This document shows, in pieces, positions 1 to 9,684 of a DNA stretch of 64,000 nucleotides (the stretch's first letter is position 1; every line of letters begins with the position of its first letter). The DNA comes from Thermodesulfobacteriota bacterium (GTDB taxonomy: Bacteria; Desulfobacterota_D; UBA1144; Nemesobacterales; UBA2774). Made by a program: the position numbers and the translations under genes. The stretch lies in assembly GCA_965223335.1 (NCBI GenBank), contig OZ244991.1, positions 2,368,001-2,432,000 of the forward strand, read 5' to 3'. The notes beneath the pieces are model-generated. The model was not told where the DNA came from. It made no database searches and saw nothing but the letters and a program-made list of their open reading frames with translations.

Positions 1-488
1 GCCCCGCAGATTGCTCCAAAGAACTCACATTCCTCTACCGTCCTCCACGTGCTTACATACACTTTGCCCCCCTCACACAACACCCTGTGCATCTCGCGTG
101 CAGCCTCGTCTTTATCCGAGAAAAATTGAAACCCCTGCTGACACGCCACAAAGTCCATCGAGTCACCCGGTATATCCATGGATTGTGCAGATGATTCTAT
201 AAACTGCACCCGAGGAACCGTATTTTCACAGTGTTCTTTAGCCAGAGCCAGCATCTCTTTATTTATATCCACTCCTGTCACAGCCCCCTCGGGACCCACA
301 GCCCGGGCAACAATCGATGCAAAAATCCCTGTACCCGTCGCCACATCTAGCACACGCCGCCCTTCCCAGGGACCATTATCTTCTACGATACTTTTGGCCC
401 ATGGTGCAAATAACAACGGCACCAAAACATCATTGTATGTAGCCGCCACAGAACTGTCTTTGAAACTAAAGGCTTGAGTATCCGCCAT
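1..488 (-). CDS. Class I SAM-dependent methyltransferase (UbiE-like), runs off the window edge
   Basis: Not in the ORF track. Manual translation gives MADTQAFSFKDSSVAATYNDVLVPLLFAPWA...RVLDVATGTG...VTGVDINKEML...DFVACQQGFQFF, with the SAM-binding motif I. Confidence 0.85.
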   Translation of the reverse strand, partial: MADTQAFSFKDSSVAATYNDVLVPLLFAPWAKSIVEDNGPWEGRRVLDVATGTGIFASIVARAVGPEGAVTGVDINKEMLALAKEHCENTVPRVQFIESSAQSMDIPGDSMDFVACQQGFQFFSDKDEAAREMHRVLCEGGKVYVSTWRTVEECEFFGAICG

Positions 489-830
489 ATTCCTACCCCC
501 TATACTCATTATAGTACTATTTAGATATTTATAATTGGACAAACAACAATTGTTGATAGTAAATTATATTGATCAGTCTCCATTAAAAAATTAAGTATAG
601 CATCAAAACCCCATACAGTACCAATGCATGAACATATCTTGCCTTTAGCCTTTCTCGATGGGATCACAGATCCCAATCCGACATTCACCCCTCAACCCCA
701 TTTATTCCCTGTCGGTCGCTCAACCTCCCTCTGCCCCAACCTATTCTGACCTACGGTCGTGGTACTACTACTCCCTATCGGCCCCCACCTCGCGGCCCCC
801 ATTGGCACTAAAGTCCCGATACTACCTCAA

Positions 831-917
831 GGGGTCTGTCCCGCTTTATCCGTGGACTGACCCCGTAGTTACGGAACAAAAAAGGGGTCTGTCCCGCTTT
901 ACCTGTGGACTGTCCCC
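831..917. repeat. Two REP-like palindromes (ggggtctgtccc-N-ggactg(a/t)cccc)
   Basis: Imperfect inverted repeats at 831-864 and 884-917; the same motif recurs at 8270, 11082, 14652, 15083, 16144, 16294 and 63487. Confidence 0.8.
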
Positions 918-1044
918 GTTGTTGCCTCTAGGAGTTTTTTCTTTCGACTTCCCCCCATGAGGTCATAGACCTCAATCCCGACATTCAGCGATTAGCGGCA
1001 CACAGTGTGTGCATCCATATCTTGAGTCTTTAGCCTTTTCACAA

Positions 1045-1224
1045 TGGGATTGCAAATCCCAATCCGACATTACGGCAATGGCGTATAGAAAATAAGCTTG
1101 AGAGGCGTTAAAAATGGATTTCGGGGATGTGGTTGGATAAATCCGTTTAGCATCGAGAGATTATTTTTAGCCATTTCCGTTCAGTCGGTGACTTTTGGCT
1201 ACTTTTGGTCACACAAAAGTAGCA
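1045..1224. repeat. Three-hairpin dispersed element, stem type A
   Basis: tgggattgcaaatccca hairpin, ccgac...gtcgg long stem, gctactttt...aaaagtagc hairpin. Confidence 0.85.
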
Positions 1225-1433
1225 AATAATTAGGTAATTATTATCGGTCTACTGACATATAAGCTCTAGAGCAAATTAAGTCCCGGTACTACCTTTTGAA
1301 TGGGGCCTCCAGGCCCCCGGTCTCTTTATTTTGTCCCGACCTGCCGGTCGCTCAACCTCCCTCTGCCCCAACCTATTCTGACCTACTGTCGTGGTACTAC
1401 TACTCCCTCGCGGCCCCCACCTTGCGGTCCCCA

Positions 1434-2807
1434 TCACTTATACCTAAACTCACTCCACCTGCTCTTACGTCCCGGTACTCCAAGGCTGTCCACGGCCCAC
1501 ACTCTCCAACGGTAATCTACATTGCTCCTAAACTGAGCCTCGTACTTAAACCTATTCTCACTAAGCCCGCTATACGTGTTCATTCGACTCCATCCCCTTC
1601 CTGTACTCTGCTCTATTTCCAGCGTATACGAGTTTGCACCCAACACAGGTTTCCACGTAAACACGGGTGCGCGGCTGTGCGCAGTCAGCTCTGCATTGCT
1701 TGCGGGGTATGACTGTCTAGGCGGCTTCAGGTCCGATGTCCCTCCGGTCGCTATCTTTTGCCATGTATAGGTACCCTTCGAGTTGCTCATTACCAATAAC
1801 TCCCGTCCGTCTGACCCTCTGGATTCACTCAGCCTAAATGGTGCCTCTGTACCCGACTTGTTGAGCCCGCAAAAAGCCAGCCAGACCGATTCGCTTATGG
1901 CCTTAAGCCCCCCGTCCCAGTCTGTGGCCACGTTGCCACCCCCGGGCACCCCGCTTATGTTGGGAGCCGAGAGCTCACCCTGGCACTGTATGCGCGAGCG
2001 CGCAGACGCACTTTGTCCAAACGGTTTTATCGACAGAACCCATCTGGTTCTGCCCGAGGGCTCTACAATCATCGTCCCGTAACTGCCGTTTAATCCCAGG
2101 GGTTTTGTTACATTCCCCTCCCGCCACGAGACCAGCTCATATGTACCAACATCCTTTTTCGGCACAACCGGCAGTGTTACCTCTGGTGGTTCCGGAGTGG
2201 GCACAGGAGTTGGTACCGGAGTCGGTACAGGTGTGGGTTTTGGTGTAGGTACCGGTGTTGGTTTTGGTGTTGGCTCTGGTGTGGGTTCCGGTGTGGGTTC
2301 CGGTGTAGGTTCCGGTGTGGGTTCAGGTGTCGGTTCCGGTGTAGGTTCCGGTGTTGGTTCGGGAGTTGGCTCAGGTGTTGGCTCCGGTGTTGGTTCGGGA
2401 GTTGGCTCAGGTGTTGGCTCCGGTGTTGGTTCGGGAGTTGGCTCTGGGGTCGGTTCCGGTGTAGGTTCCGGTGTTGGTTCGGGAGTTGGCTCAGGTGTTG
2501 GCTCCGGGGTCGGTTCTGGAGTCGGTTCGGGCGTCGGTTCCGGTGTCGGTTCGGGAGTCGGTTCTGGTGTCGGTTCCGGTGTCGGTTCTGGCGTAGGTTC
2601 TGGCGTAGGTTCCGGTGTCGGTTCGGGTGTGGGTTTAGGAGTCGGTTTTATCTCCTCTTCCTCGTCCTCGAGTGTTGCCTGTGCTATTTCAACTCTATTT
2701 ATATCATCAAAAGCATATGATTTACCCCCGACTATAAAACAACCGACAATAAACCCCAATAATATTGCGCAACCGATCGTCCTACACATCCATTCCCCCT
2801 TTTCCAA
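1434..2807 (-). CDS. Secreted/surface protein with a long (PTPE)n linker and a C-terminal FN3-like domain
   Basis: Signal-peptide-like N-terminus, more than 30 [12 protein letters not shown] units, C-terminal FTW..V.GA.SY.LEI...YRWRVWAVD pattern. Confidence 0.8.
   Translation of the reverse strand: MEKGEWMCRTIGCAILLGFIVGCFIVGGKSYAFDDINRVEIAQATLEDEEEEIKPTPKPTPEPTPEPTPEPTPEPTPEPTPEPTPEPTPEPTPEPTPEPTPEPTPEPTPEPTPEPTPEPTPEPTPEPTPEPTPEPTPEPTPEPTPEPTPEPTPEPTPEPTPEPTPEPTPEPTPEPTPEPTPKPTPVPTPKPTPVPTPVPTPVPTPEPPEVTLPVVPKKDVGTYELVSWREGNVTKPLGLNGSYGTMIVEPSGRTRWVLSIKPFGQSASARSRIQCQGELSAPNISGVPGGGNVATDWDGGLKAISESVWLAFCGLNKSGTEAPFRLSESRGSDGRELLVMSNSKGTYTWQKIATGGTSDLKPPRQSYPASNAELTAHSRAPVFTWKPVLGANSYTLEIEQSTGRGWSRMNTYSGLSENRFKYEAQFRSNVDYRWRVWAVDSLGVPGRKSRWSEFRYK
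2191..2645. repeat. 12-bp coding tandem repeat (PTPE)
   Basis: ggttccggtgtN-type units with third-position variation. Confidence 0.9.
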
Positions 2808-3009
2808 TCAACACTACCGTTACCAATATCCCCACGATCTGATAGGGCACTCTCCACTATTATATAGAATAGTTCACTCAAACTCCACAATACCAAATTA
2901 ATACATTAATCAATATCTAGAGATACCATCTTCTAAAATTACTTATATGTATATACGGTCAAATCGGCGGGTCGAACTTATCCCTATGTATAGTGACACT
3001 ACTCGGCAG

Positions 3010-3588
3010 CTACAAAACCTTTAACGTTGTCTCGGCCTCTTCTTCCTCTACGTCTACTTCTCGAAGCGGTTCATTGGTCAAGGCACATAGGTGAGTGTCC
3101 CCAAGGGCGTTTCGAATAAAATGCATGCACGAACCACAGCTGTTAAACATAATGTTTTTGTTACGTCGCTGTATACTCGCGAGCAGGCTGGTGAGTATCC
3201 TGTTAAGATTCTCTCTATCCTCCGGATCCAGGTCTATAATTGCACCCATTATCTGGTGCGGCGGGTACTGCTGTTCTACAAACTCTCTACCTTTATCAGT
3301 TAAAACACACAATAAATTTTCTTTACTGCTCACTTCAGTGTCCGCGAATTTTTTTATATAACCGTCTCGTTCCAGTAAATCCAAGTGAGTCAATGTATCA
3401 GGCATGCCCCTTCCCACAAAACCACAAATCGACTCCATATTTTTTTTGTACCGATTGTCCATCGACAGGTAGCCCAGTATTTGCGAGCTCGTAGGTTCCA
3501 TATCTTGCTTGAGACTCGATATACGTTTTTCATCACGTAGCAAGTTGCCGAATTCTTCTAGTAGCGAGACAAGGTTTAGATGAATCAT
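3010..3588 (-). CDS. MarR-family wHTH regulator with Cys-rich C-terminal tail (divergent copy)
   Basis: QILGYLS..NRY, LTDKGREFV wing, CGSCMHF...HLCALT; paralog of 3727, 15169 and 17054. Confidence 0.75.
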   Translation of the reverse strand: MIHLNLVSLLEEFGNLLRDEKRISSLKQDMEPTSSQILGYLSMDNRYKKNMESICGFVGRGMPDTLTHLDLLERDGYIKKFADTEVSSKENLLCVLTDKGREFVEQQYPPHQIMGAIIDLDPEDRENLNRILTSLLASIQRRNKNIMFNSCGSCMHFIRNALGDTHLCALTNEPLREVDVEEEEAETTLKVL

Positions 3589-3726
3589 GATAGTTAATGA
3601 TTATTATTTATAATCACCTATCAACAATATAACACATACACCTTGTCCTGTATACCTGTCCCATGTCTAATCAATAATTGTTATCCGAAACCTAACACCC
3701 GCCGAAATGCAATTTCTTCACACCAA

Positions 3727-4314
3727 TTAAGGTGCTCTCGTCGATTCGATCGTGGTTTCATGCTCGCGACAGACCTTGTTGCTGTCCTCGGTGCTAAGCG
3801 CCTCTCGGGTAAGCCCGCACTGGTGTGTGTCGCCAAGCCCGTTAAGCCTAAAATGCTTGCACGACTTACACACCCCAAACACCACACCGTCGTTCCGGCG
3901 CTGGAGCGACCTCATGACGTTGGTCATCAGCTTCTCCAACATCTCGCGCTCCATCGGCACAAGCTCGAGTATCGCCCCCACAACGTTATGCGGTGGATAC
4001 TGTTTCTCTACAAATTCCCTGCCCCTGTCCGTAAGCGTGTAATGTGCCGGGTCGTCCTGTGCCCCGCTGTGATGCTCCGCAACATAACCGGCGTCCACAA
4101 GGCCGTGTATACTTGGCGTTACCTCTGCCATGCTCTCGCAAAGAAAATCGGCTACACCCCCCGATGTATTGCTGTACCTGTTACACATCGATAGATACCC
4201 GAGTATATGCGACTGCACCGGTTCAATCGACGCATCAGCTACAATGATCTCTTCCTCGGCTCTAAGCAGGTTCCCTATTCTGTACATAAGCGATATAAGT
4301 CGTGAGTGGTCCAT
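3727..4314 (-). CDS. MarR-family wHTH regulator with Cys-rich C-terminal tail
   Basis: Start moved to MDHSRL; LSMCNRYSNT, LTDRGREFV, FGVCKSCKHF...HQCGLT...CREHE. Confidence 0.8.
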   Translation of the reverse strand: MDHSRLISLMYRIGNLLRAEEEIIVADASIEPVQSHILGYLSMCNRYSNTSGGVADFLCESMAEVTPSIHGLVDAGYVAEHHSGAQDDPAHYTLTDRGREFVEKQYPPHNVVGAILELVPMEREMLEKLMTNVMRSLQRRNDGVVFGVCKSCKHFRLNGLGDTHQCGLTREALSTEDSNKVCREHETTIESTRAP

Positions 4315-4497
4315 ATGATCAATCCCCGTTTGTGAGTTTATTAAAGTATATTCCCAACGAGATCTATTCTCTAGGGTTATGCATATAGCCTTGTTATGTA
4401 CTTTGCATACAATGCATAACAACACTGCTTATACCTAGAGTTAATTATTGTTTTAGGTCAGGATATATGGCTTTGGCAATTATCACTTAGGCCATGA

Positions 4498-4767
4498 TTA
4501 CGGCCCCGTGCACGGCACGTCCGGCGGTGCGTCCCATCCCATGATAGACGTACAGCGCTCTAGGTCCGCACAGGAAATTTTAAACTCCTTACCCTCAGGG
4601 TCCGTAGCCGCCAACGCCTCTACCCCCACAGGGATGTTCTTGCATATACTCGCATCAAACCCGTCCCCCTGCTCTTGCTCCTGGGAATAATCCCCCCCGG
4701 CACACGCCCCCAACAAAAACGCACCAGTGACCACCACAACCGCAAGCTTCTTTAATACTTTGTCCAT
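4498..4767 (-). CDS. Small lipoprotein
   Basis: Lipobox LGAC after a hydrophobic stretch; GGAGGGA SD upstream. Confidence 0.65.
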   Translation of the reverse strand: MDKVLKKLAVVVVTGAFLLGACAGGDYSQEQEQGDGFDASICKNIPVGVEALAATDPEGKEFKISCADLERCTSIMGWDAPPDVPCTGP

Positions 4768-4835
4768 TTATCCCTCCCTCTGCTCCACTCTAACCCCATC
4801 ATACACCATCTCCCCCAACATTACCACCCATAAAT

Positions 4836-4905
4836 TAGGGACGGTGCCCTATTATTATAACCATCATATATTACTCCTATTTATTTAATTAGGGACGGAG
4901 CCCTA
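4836..4905. repeat. Paired short palindromes tagggacgg(t/a)gcccta upstream of the transposase
   Basis: Copies at 4836-4851 and 4890-4905; the same doublet recurs at 14717-14795. Confidence 0.75.
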
Positions 4906-4924
4906 TTTGTGTTATAATTTCCCC

Positions 4925-5596
4925 ATGCCAAGGCTTTCGAGAATTGTCATCCCAGGTGTACCGCACCACATCACTCAGCGCGGCAACAGAAAACAAGACG
5001 TTTTCTTCACTGTGGACGATAGACTTACATACTTAAATTGGCTCTACGATTACTCCGACAAATACAATATTGAGACCCTAGCCTACTGCCTGATGGACAA
5101 CCACGTTCATCTCATAGCAGTCCCCTCCGACACCGACTCACTCGAGATGATGCTCCGTTCCCTTCACTCACGTTATGCCCAGAAAATAAATCGCGATCAC
5201 GACTGGACCGGCCACTTGTGGCAAGGCCGGTATTTCTCGTCCCCGCTCGACGAATCCTATCTATGGGCGGCAATCAAGTATGTCGAGACCAACCCTGTGC
5301 GCACAGGGCTTGTATCCCATGCCGCGGATTATATGTGGAGCAGTGCCCGGGGGCATTGCGGATTATCCAAAGACAAGCTCCTTAGCACACGCATGCAATG
5401 GACTAATATGTTTGACAGTATCGCTGATTGGGCCGAGTGGCTCGCCGTAGGCCAAGAAAACGAAGAGATTACAACAGCTATTAGAACCAACACTGCCAAG
5501 GGCATGCCGAGCGGCACAAAAGAGTTCTTAGACAAGCTCACAATCTTGACTAAGAGGTCAGTCCACCCACGCTCCCCCGGCCGGCCGAAATTATAA
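4925..5596 (+). CDS. REP-associated tyrosine (HUH/Y1) transposase, RAYT/TnpA-REP-like
   Basis: MPRLSRIVIPGVPHHITQRGN N-terminus, YCLMDNHVHL (HUH), HLWQGRY, YVETNPVR catalytic Tyr, C-terminal GRP. Confidence 0.9.
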   Translation: MPRLSRIVIPGVPHHITQRGNRKQDVFFTVDDRLTYLNWLYDYSDKYNIETLAYCLMDNHVHLIAVPSDTDSLEMMLRSLHSRYAQKINRDHDWTGHLWQGRYFSSPLDESYLWAAIKYVETNPVRTGLVSHAADYMWSSARGHCGLSKDKLLSTRMQWTNMFDSIADWAEWLAVGQENEEITTAIRTNTAKGMPSGTKEFLDKLTILTKRSVHPRSPGRPKL

Positions 5597-5628
5597 TCTC
5601 CCCCGCGCTTTACAATGTTTGAATTGCT

Positions 5629-6024
5629 TCAAACCTTATATTTCACATACAAAAGCGCCCCGATCCAGTACAAGTTCATTCCAACTACCATATAATCTAC
5701 AACTTTATAATCCTGCTTGTCTAAAAACACTGGAGATACTGTAATCCCCATCGCTACCCCAACAAATACCATCCCCCAAATTAGAGTTCTTATTACTTGC
5801 AAGTCCTTGTGCATCAAACAGTAATAAGCTAGAGGCGACAACAGTACGCCATTAATCACACCCATTTGAACCGAAGCAAGTAATATTATGTAATTAAACA
5901 ACTCAACAAATGATAATGGAAATTTTCTTGCACCAACCAACATCCATGCTGTTGCAATACCGGCAATACAGCTAAGATACAATATTCTCACATAACTGTT
6001 ATGAATTACCGTGCCACGCTTCAT
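5629..6024 (-). CDS. Membrane protein (tandem paralog)
   Basis: About 4 TM segments; shares GIATA.M.VG..FP.SF...L.P.AY..L..KDL with the upstream genes. Confidence 0.65.
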   Translation of the reverse strand: MKRGTVIHNSYVRILYLSCIAGIATAWMLVGARKFPLSFVELFNYIILLASVQMGVINGVLLSPLAYYCLMHKDLQVIRTLIWGMVFVGVAMGITVSPVFLDKQDYKVVDYMVVGMNLYWIGALLYVKYKV

Positions 6025-6031
6025 ACCCCAT

Positions 6032-6433
6032 TCACATCCTTCTCTTCGCATACACCAACGCCCCAATCCAATAAACAATCATCAGCATGTAAAGTAAGAA
6101 GAAATCACCATCATCGTCCGACGAGGTCTCATCATATACTCGCATTAGAATCCCAGCAAGCATGCACAGTAGCATCATTCCAACAATGAGATATTGCACT
6201 ACTGAAAGGTCTTTTCCTTCTAATGCATAAAACGCAATTGGCCATAAAAAAATTGAATGGAAAACCCCAATAATTGTAGCTATTATCAATACAACCGGAT
6301 CGACAACCAACATTCCGAATGATTGTGGAAAATGCAAACTGCCAACCATCATGAAAGCAGTCGCTATCCCCGCAACCAACCCATATAACAGTATTTTCCA
6401 ACCACTGTTCCTAACTACCTTCTGGCTCTCCAT
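6032..6433 (-). CDS. Membrane protein (tandem paralog)
   Basis: Same ~130-aa hydrophobic unit ending YWIGAL.Y.K. Confidence 0.7.
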   Translation of the reverse strand: MESQKVVRNSGWKILLYGLVAGIATAFMMVGSLHFPQSFGMLVVDPVVLIIATIIGVFHSIFLWPIAFYALEGKDLSVVQYLIVGMMLLCMLAGILMRVYDETSSDDDGDFFLLYMLMIVYWIGALVYAKRRM

Positions 6434-7256
6434 GATCCCTCACCCGAAACTTCACATATAACAGTGCAGCAATCCAATAGATGTTCATAATAATAGCAAC
6501 CTCAACAATATCGTTACCGTCTGTTCTGTTTAAAACCAAGGGTGACAGCGCAATTCCCACAACAACGCCCACAATAGCCATCCCCCATTGCAGTTTTTTT
6601 ACTATTTTTGTATCTCTGTCACGTAGACAAAAATATGCTAGAGGTGATAGTAATCCCCCGTTGATAATCCCCAAACCTGTTGAAAATATCAAAGCTATAG
6701 GATTTACAATCAACATTCCAAATCCAAGAGGAAATCCAAGTGCACCCACGATCATATACGCAGTTAAAATTCCTGTCACTAAACTTAGCCACAATATTCT
6801 CCAGAAACTGTTCTTTACCTGTGGGCTTTCACCTTTTTGTGAGACTTGCAGGGTATTATTATCTATACCCGCTAGATACTTAACACAAAGCAGCGCTACA
6901 ACCCAATAACCGACAATAAGACCCGTGTATTGTGCTTCACTAAGAGAATTCATTATAGAGAATCTAAGTACTAGTACAAAGATAATCATTCCAACCAATA
7001 GCGGCCGTAGAAATTTCAAATCTTTATTCTTCAGACAGAATTCAACAAGCGGAAAGAAAATCACACTGCATACAATACTAATTAGGATTAAACCACCAAA
7101 CTCTAGCCCATCTAGAGTGTGAAAACTGAATGGTCCTAATACAAAAATCGTAAATAAAACTGTAGAAATCCCCAGAGCTACACTCACCCACAGAAGTTTC
7201 ATATCACTATTTACAACCCTTCCCTCACCCGTCCCGCTCATCATTTCATCCCACAC
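6411..7256 (-). CDS. Membrane protein with two copies of the same unit
   Basis: Internal duplication, each half ending YW..ALL.VK; the start may be ATG 7244. Confidence 0.7.
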   Translation of the reverse strand: MWDEMMSGTGEGRVVNSDMKLLWVSVALGISTVLFTIFVLGPFSFHTLDGLEFGGLILISIVCSVIFFPLVEFCLKNKDLKFLRPLLVGMIIFVLVLRFSIMNSLSEAQYTGLIVGYWVVALLCVKYLAGIDNNTLQVSQKGESPQVKNSFWRILWLSLVTGILTAYMIVGALGFPLGFGMLIVNPIALIFSTGLGIINGGLLSPLAYFCLRDRDTKIVKKLQWGMAIVGVVVGIALSPLVLNRTDGNDIVEVAIIMNIYWIAALLYVKFRVRDHGEPEGS

Positions 7257-7796
7257 TATATGACTAAGATCATACCCTCACCATCCTAGGCCCACAGCCT
7301 GTGACTAATAGCACACAGACTGATATAAATAATTTATAAATTAGACACATACTATAATTATATCGCCTATTACAACTACAAAAAAACGCGGACAGGCACT
7401 TGGCCCACCCGCGCTTCATCCAGGGGTCGATGCTACGGAGGCATGCCCCCTTATCCCCGTTCAGTCATCCTCCCTCAATTTATATCCTTTTTATTTGTTC
7501 ACTACCCCCTCAAGCAGCTCTAGATTGCCGGGCTCATGCACCCTACTTGCACTGTTTACGAGCCCGACCCTGCCGGCCTCATACTGTCCCCATACCATAT
7601 CCAGAGCCGGTGTGGTCTGCATCAATGCCAGGATCACAAAGATTGCGGCCAGCACTATGCCCTGGCGCCACAGTCTCGCGATCTCTCGGGATGTATTATA
7701 TGATTTTCTACTATTGAGCATTTCATACCTCACGCAACCGTTTTGTAAGGTATGTAACACCAACAACCAAAAAGGTTCATTAGCACCCACGTCACC

Positions 7797-8008
7797 ATTC
7801 TATCCCTACCTGCCGCTCATACACTACATTCGCTGGCGGTCCCCATATCCACATTTATACCCTGCCGTTCGCACAAGACCGCTCACTGGCGGTCCCCATA
7901 TCCACATTTATACCCTGCCGTTCGCTGACCTCCCTCTAGCCCATCATGTTCCTTCCTACGGTCGTGGTAATACTACTCCCTCTCGGCCCCCAACTCGCGG
8001 TCCCCATT
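7797..8008. repeat. Cluster of short hairpin modules ending gcggtccccat
   Basis: Four related modules in tandem with a repeated linker atatccacatttataccctgccg. Confidence 0.8.
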
Positions 8009-8049
8009 GTTTGCCTATTAATAGCTTTTGTCTTTTGCCTTTCCCCAAA

Positions 8050-8231
8050 TGGGATTGTAAATCCCAGTCCGACATTACGGCAATGGCGTATTGAAAATAA
8101 ACTTGAGAGGCGTTAAGAATGGATTTCGGGGATGTGGGTTGGATTAAATACATTTAGCATCGAGAGATAATTTTTAGCCATTTCCGTACAGTCGGTGACT
8201 TTTGGCTACTTTTGGTCAAGCAAAAGTAGCA
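8050..8231. repeat. Three-hairpin dispersed element, stem type A
   Basis: Near copy of 1045-1224. Confidence 0.85.
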
Positions 8232-8269
8232 CATTACATGTGTGGGAATATGATTAATATCGGGCACAA

Positions 8270-8303
8270 GGGGTCTGTCCCTCTTTACTCGTGGACTGAC
8301 CCC
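8270..8303. repeat. REP-like palindrome
   Basis: ggggtctgtccctctttactcgtggactgacccc. Confidence 0.8.
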
Positions 8304-8511
8304 GTAGTTGCGGTAATCATCACAACTCCTGCTACTCCCTAAAACAGGGCGTCCACGCCCTCCCACGACCCCAATTTGTTCCCCCCTGTCGCTAGCTCGA
8401 CTCCGCTAGCTCCCGGTCCCCACTGTCATGTATTGGAAATATAAAGTATGGTAACAACGCAATAGTTCTAATGAAGCATAGCCGTGCAATCATTGGTTAA
8501 AACTATTGAAA

Positions 8512-8934
8512 CTACAATTGGGCCGACATTTGGCTTGCATCTTTATTGACACAGGCCTTAAGGTGCGTATCTATACGCATAATATGATTTTTAATCCAGC
8601 TCTCTGCAGCCCTCTGCACCTTAGACAACAGTTCCTCGCTCACTCCCTTGGCCGCCAGCTCGTTCCTAAACCCCTGAAAGGCATCCAGAAATTTTTTGTG
8701 AGCTTCCTTGTTTTGCTGCGCTATCGGACAGCGGTGCCTCTGCATGCAGGTCTCTTCAAAGATAAAATGCGCCTTGGTATAGTTACCCATAAACCGTATC
8801 ATGTTCTCAAGATAGGCAAGCCCCTCGCCCTTGTTTATCTTGTCGTTAAGCATATTTATCTTATCAAACAGCACCTGGTGCTGGTGGTCAATATCATCGT
8901 CACCCGTTGCGTAATCTTCGCTCCACTCAAGCAT
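8512..8934 (-). CDS. Bacteriohemerythrin
   Basis: W...Y.TG...IDHQH, HFIFEE, NKEAH, WIKNHIMRID. Confidence 0.9.
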   Translation of the reverse strand: MLEWSEDYATGDDDIDHQHQVLFDKINMLNDKINKGEGLAYLENMIRFMGNYTKAHFIFEETCMQRHRCPIAQQNKEAHKKFLDAFQGFRNELAAKGVSEELLSKVQRAAESWIKNHIMRIDTHLKACVNKDASQMSAQL

Positions 8935-9109
8935 AATTAGCCTCCACTATCTAACTAATCTTAATATAATTAAATTATATACCCAAAATTGTTCAAGATC
9001 ACTATTTTTGTAACATCCCGACAAATATTGTTGTCCCAGACAACTCCATAATATAATTTATTGTTTTATCTTTCGGTTACATCAACATCAACGTGTATCT
9101 TGTCATGGA

Positions 9110-9514
9110 CTAAGCCTTCTTGATCACCTTGCCCATGTTCGTAGATGTGGATCTGAGCATCTTTACCCAGTTGGTTTGGATCTCGCGTACTCCGCGCATA
9201 AACTCTGCCACACTCTCGCGTTGTGCAGGCAGTTCCTCGGCAATGTCGGGGTCCATTTCGGCCATCTCCTCTATTTCTTCCACTATACCCAGCATATCCC
9301 CCGCTGCGCTCATCACATTGTTCATCCACAGTTTCTGGAATCCCACCGCTTCATACAAAAGCTTCTGGCGTGTCTCATCAAACGAGTCCCCATTCTCACC
9401 GCCCAGGTCTTTATCGTGCAGTGATACAGAATATTCGTCAATGTTATTGGATTGTTCCTCCAATATCTTCATAAATTGCTTTAACAATTCTGCTGTTGTC
9501 TTTTTTCTAGCCAT
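9110..9514 (-). CDS. Hypothetical helical protein
   Basis: 134-aa ORF with a GAGGGA SD; no family recognised. Confidence 0.6.
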   Translation of the reverse strand: MARKKTTAELLKQFMKILEEQSNNIDEYSVSLHDKDLGGENGDSFDETRQKLLYEAVGFQKLWMNNVMSAAGDMLGIVEEIEEMAEMDPDIAEELPAQRESVAEFMRGVREIQTNWVKMLRSTSTNMGKVIKKA

Positions 9515-9684
9515 GGTTCCCTCTTACATCTCCCGGTTAAATTAATTTCTACATAATTATATGCCCGCTTTTACCGCTTGCCTATACCTCTATTAAAAAT
9601 ATCTAACCATATAGATAACATTTTACCATCAACAGCTAAATAATTAATGTATTTCATATAATCCGAGTTATACTTCTTTTTATT

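Noticed and set aside
1045..1224. Long element as a simple terminator, tRNA or riboswitch
   Set aside because: Orientation is independent of neighbouring genes, and I see no cloverleaf or known aptamer consensus
658..1712. ORFs across repeat islands (also 8154, 15012, 39167, 45000, 45286)
   Set aside because: No SD or domain, and the frame is not preserved between repeat copies
2197..2901. + strand (GVGS)n ORF
   Set aside because: Antisense shadow of the PTPE repeat
4925..5596. IS200/IS605 element with TnpB
   Set aside because: No tnpB, and the length and motifs fit RAYT-like proteins better
7491..7790. Small minus-strand TM ORF
   Set aside because: Possible but the start is unclear and no family support is visible
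7797..8008. Mini-CRISPR (constant repeat with variable middles)
   Set aside because: The middles recur at many other loci and share one fold, so they are not acquired spacers
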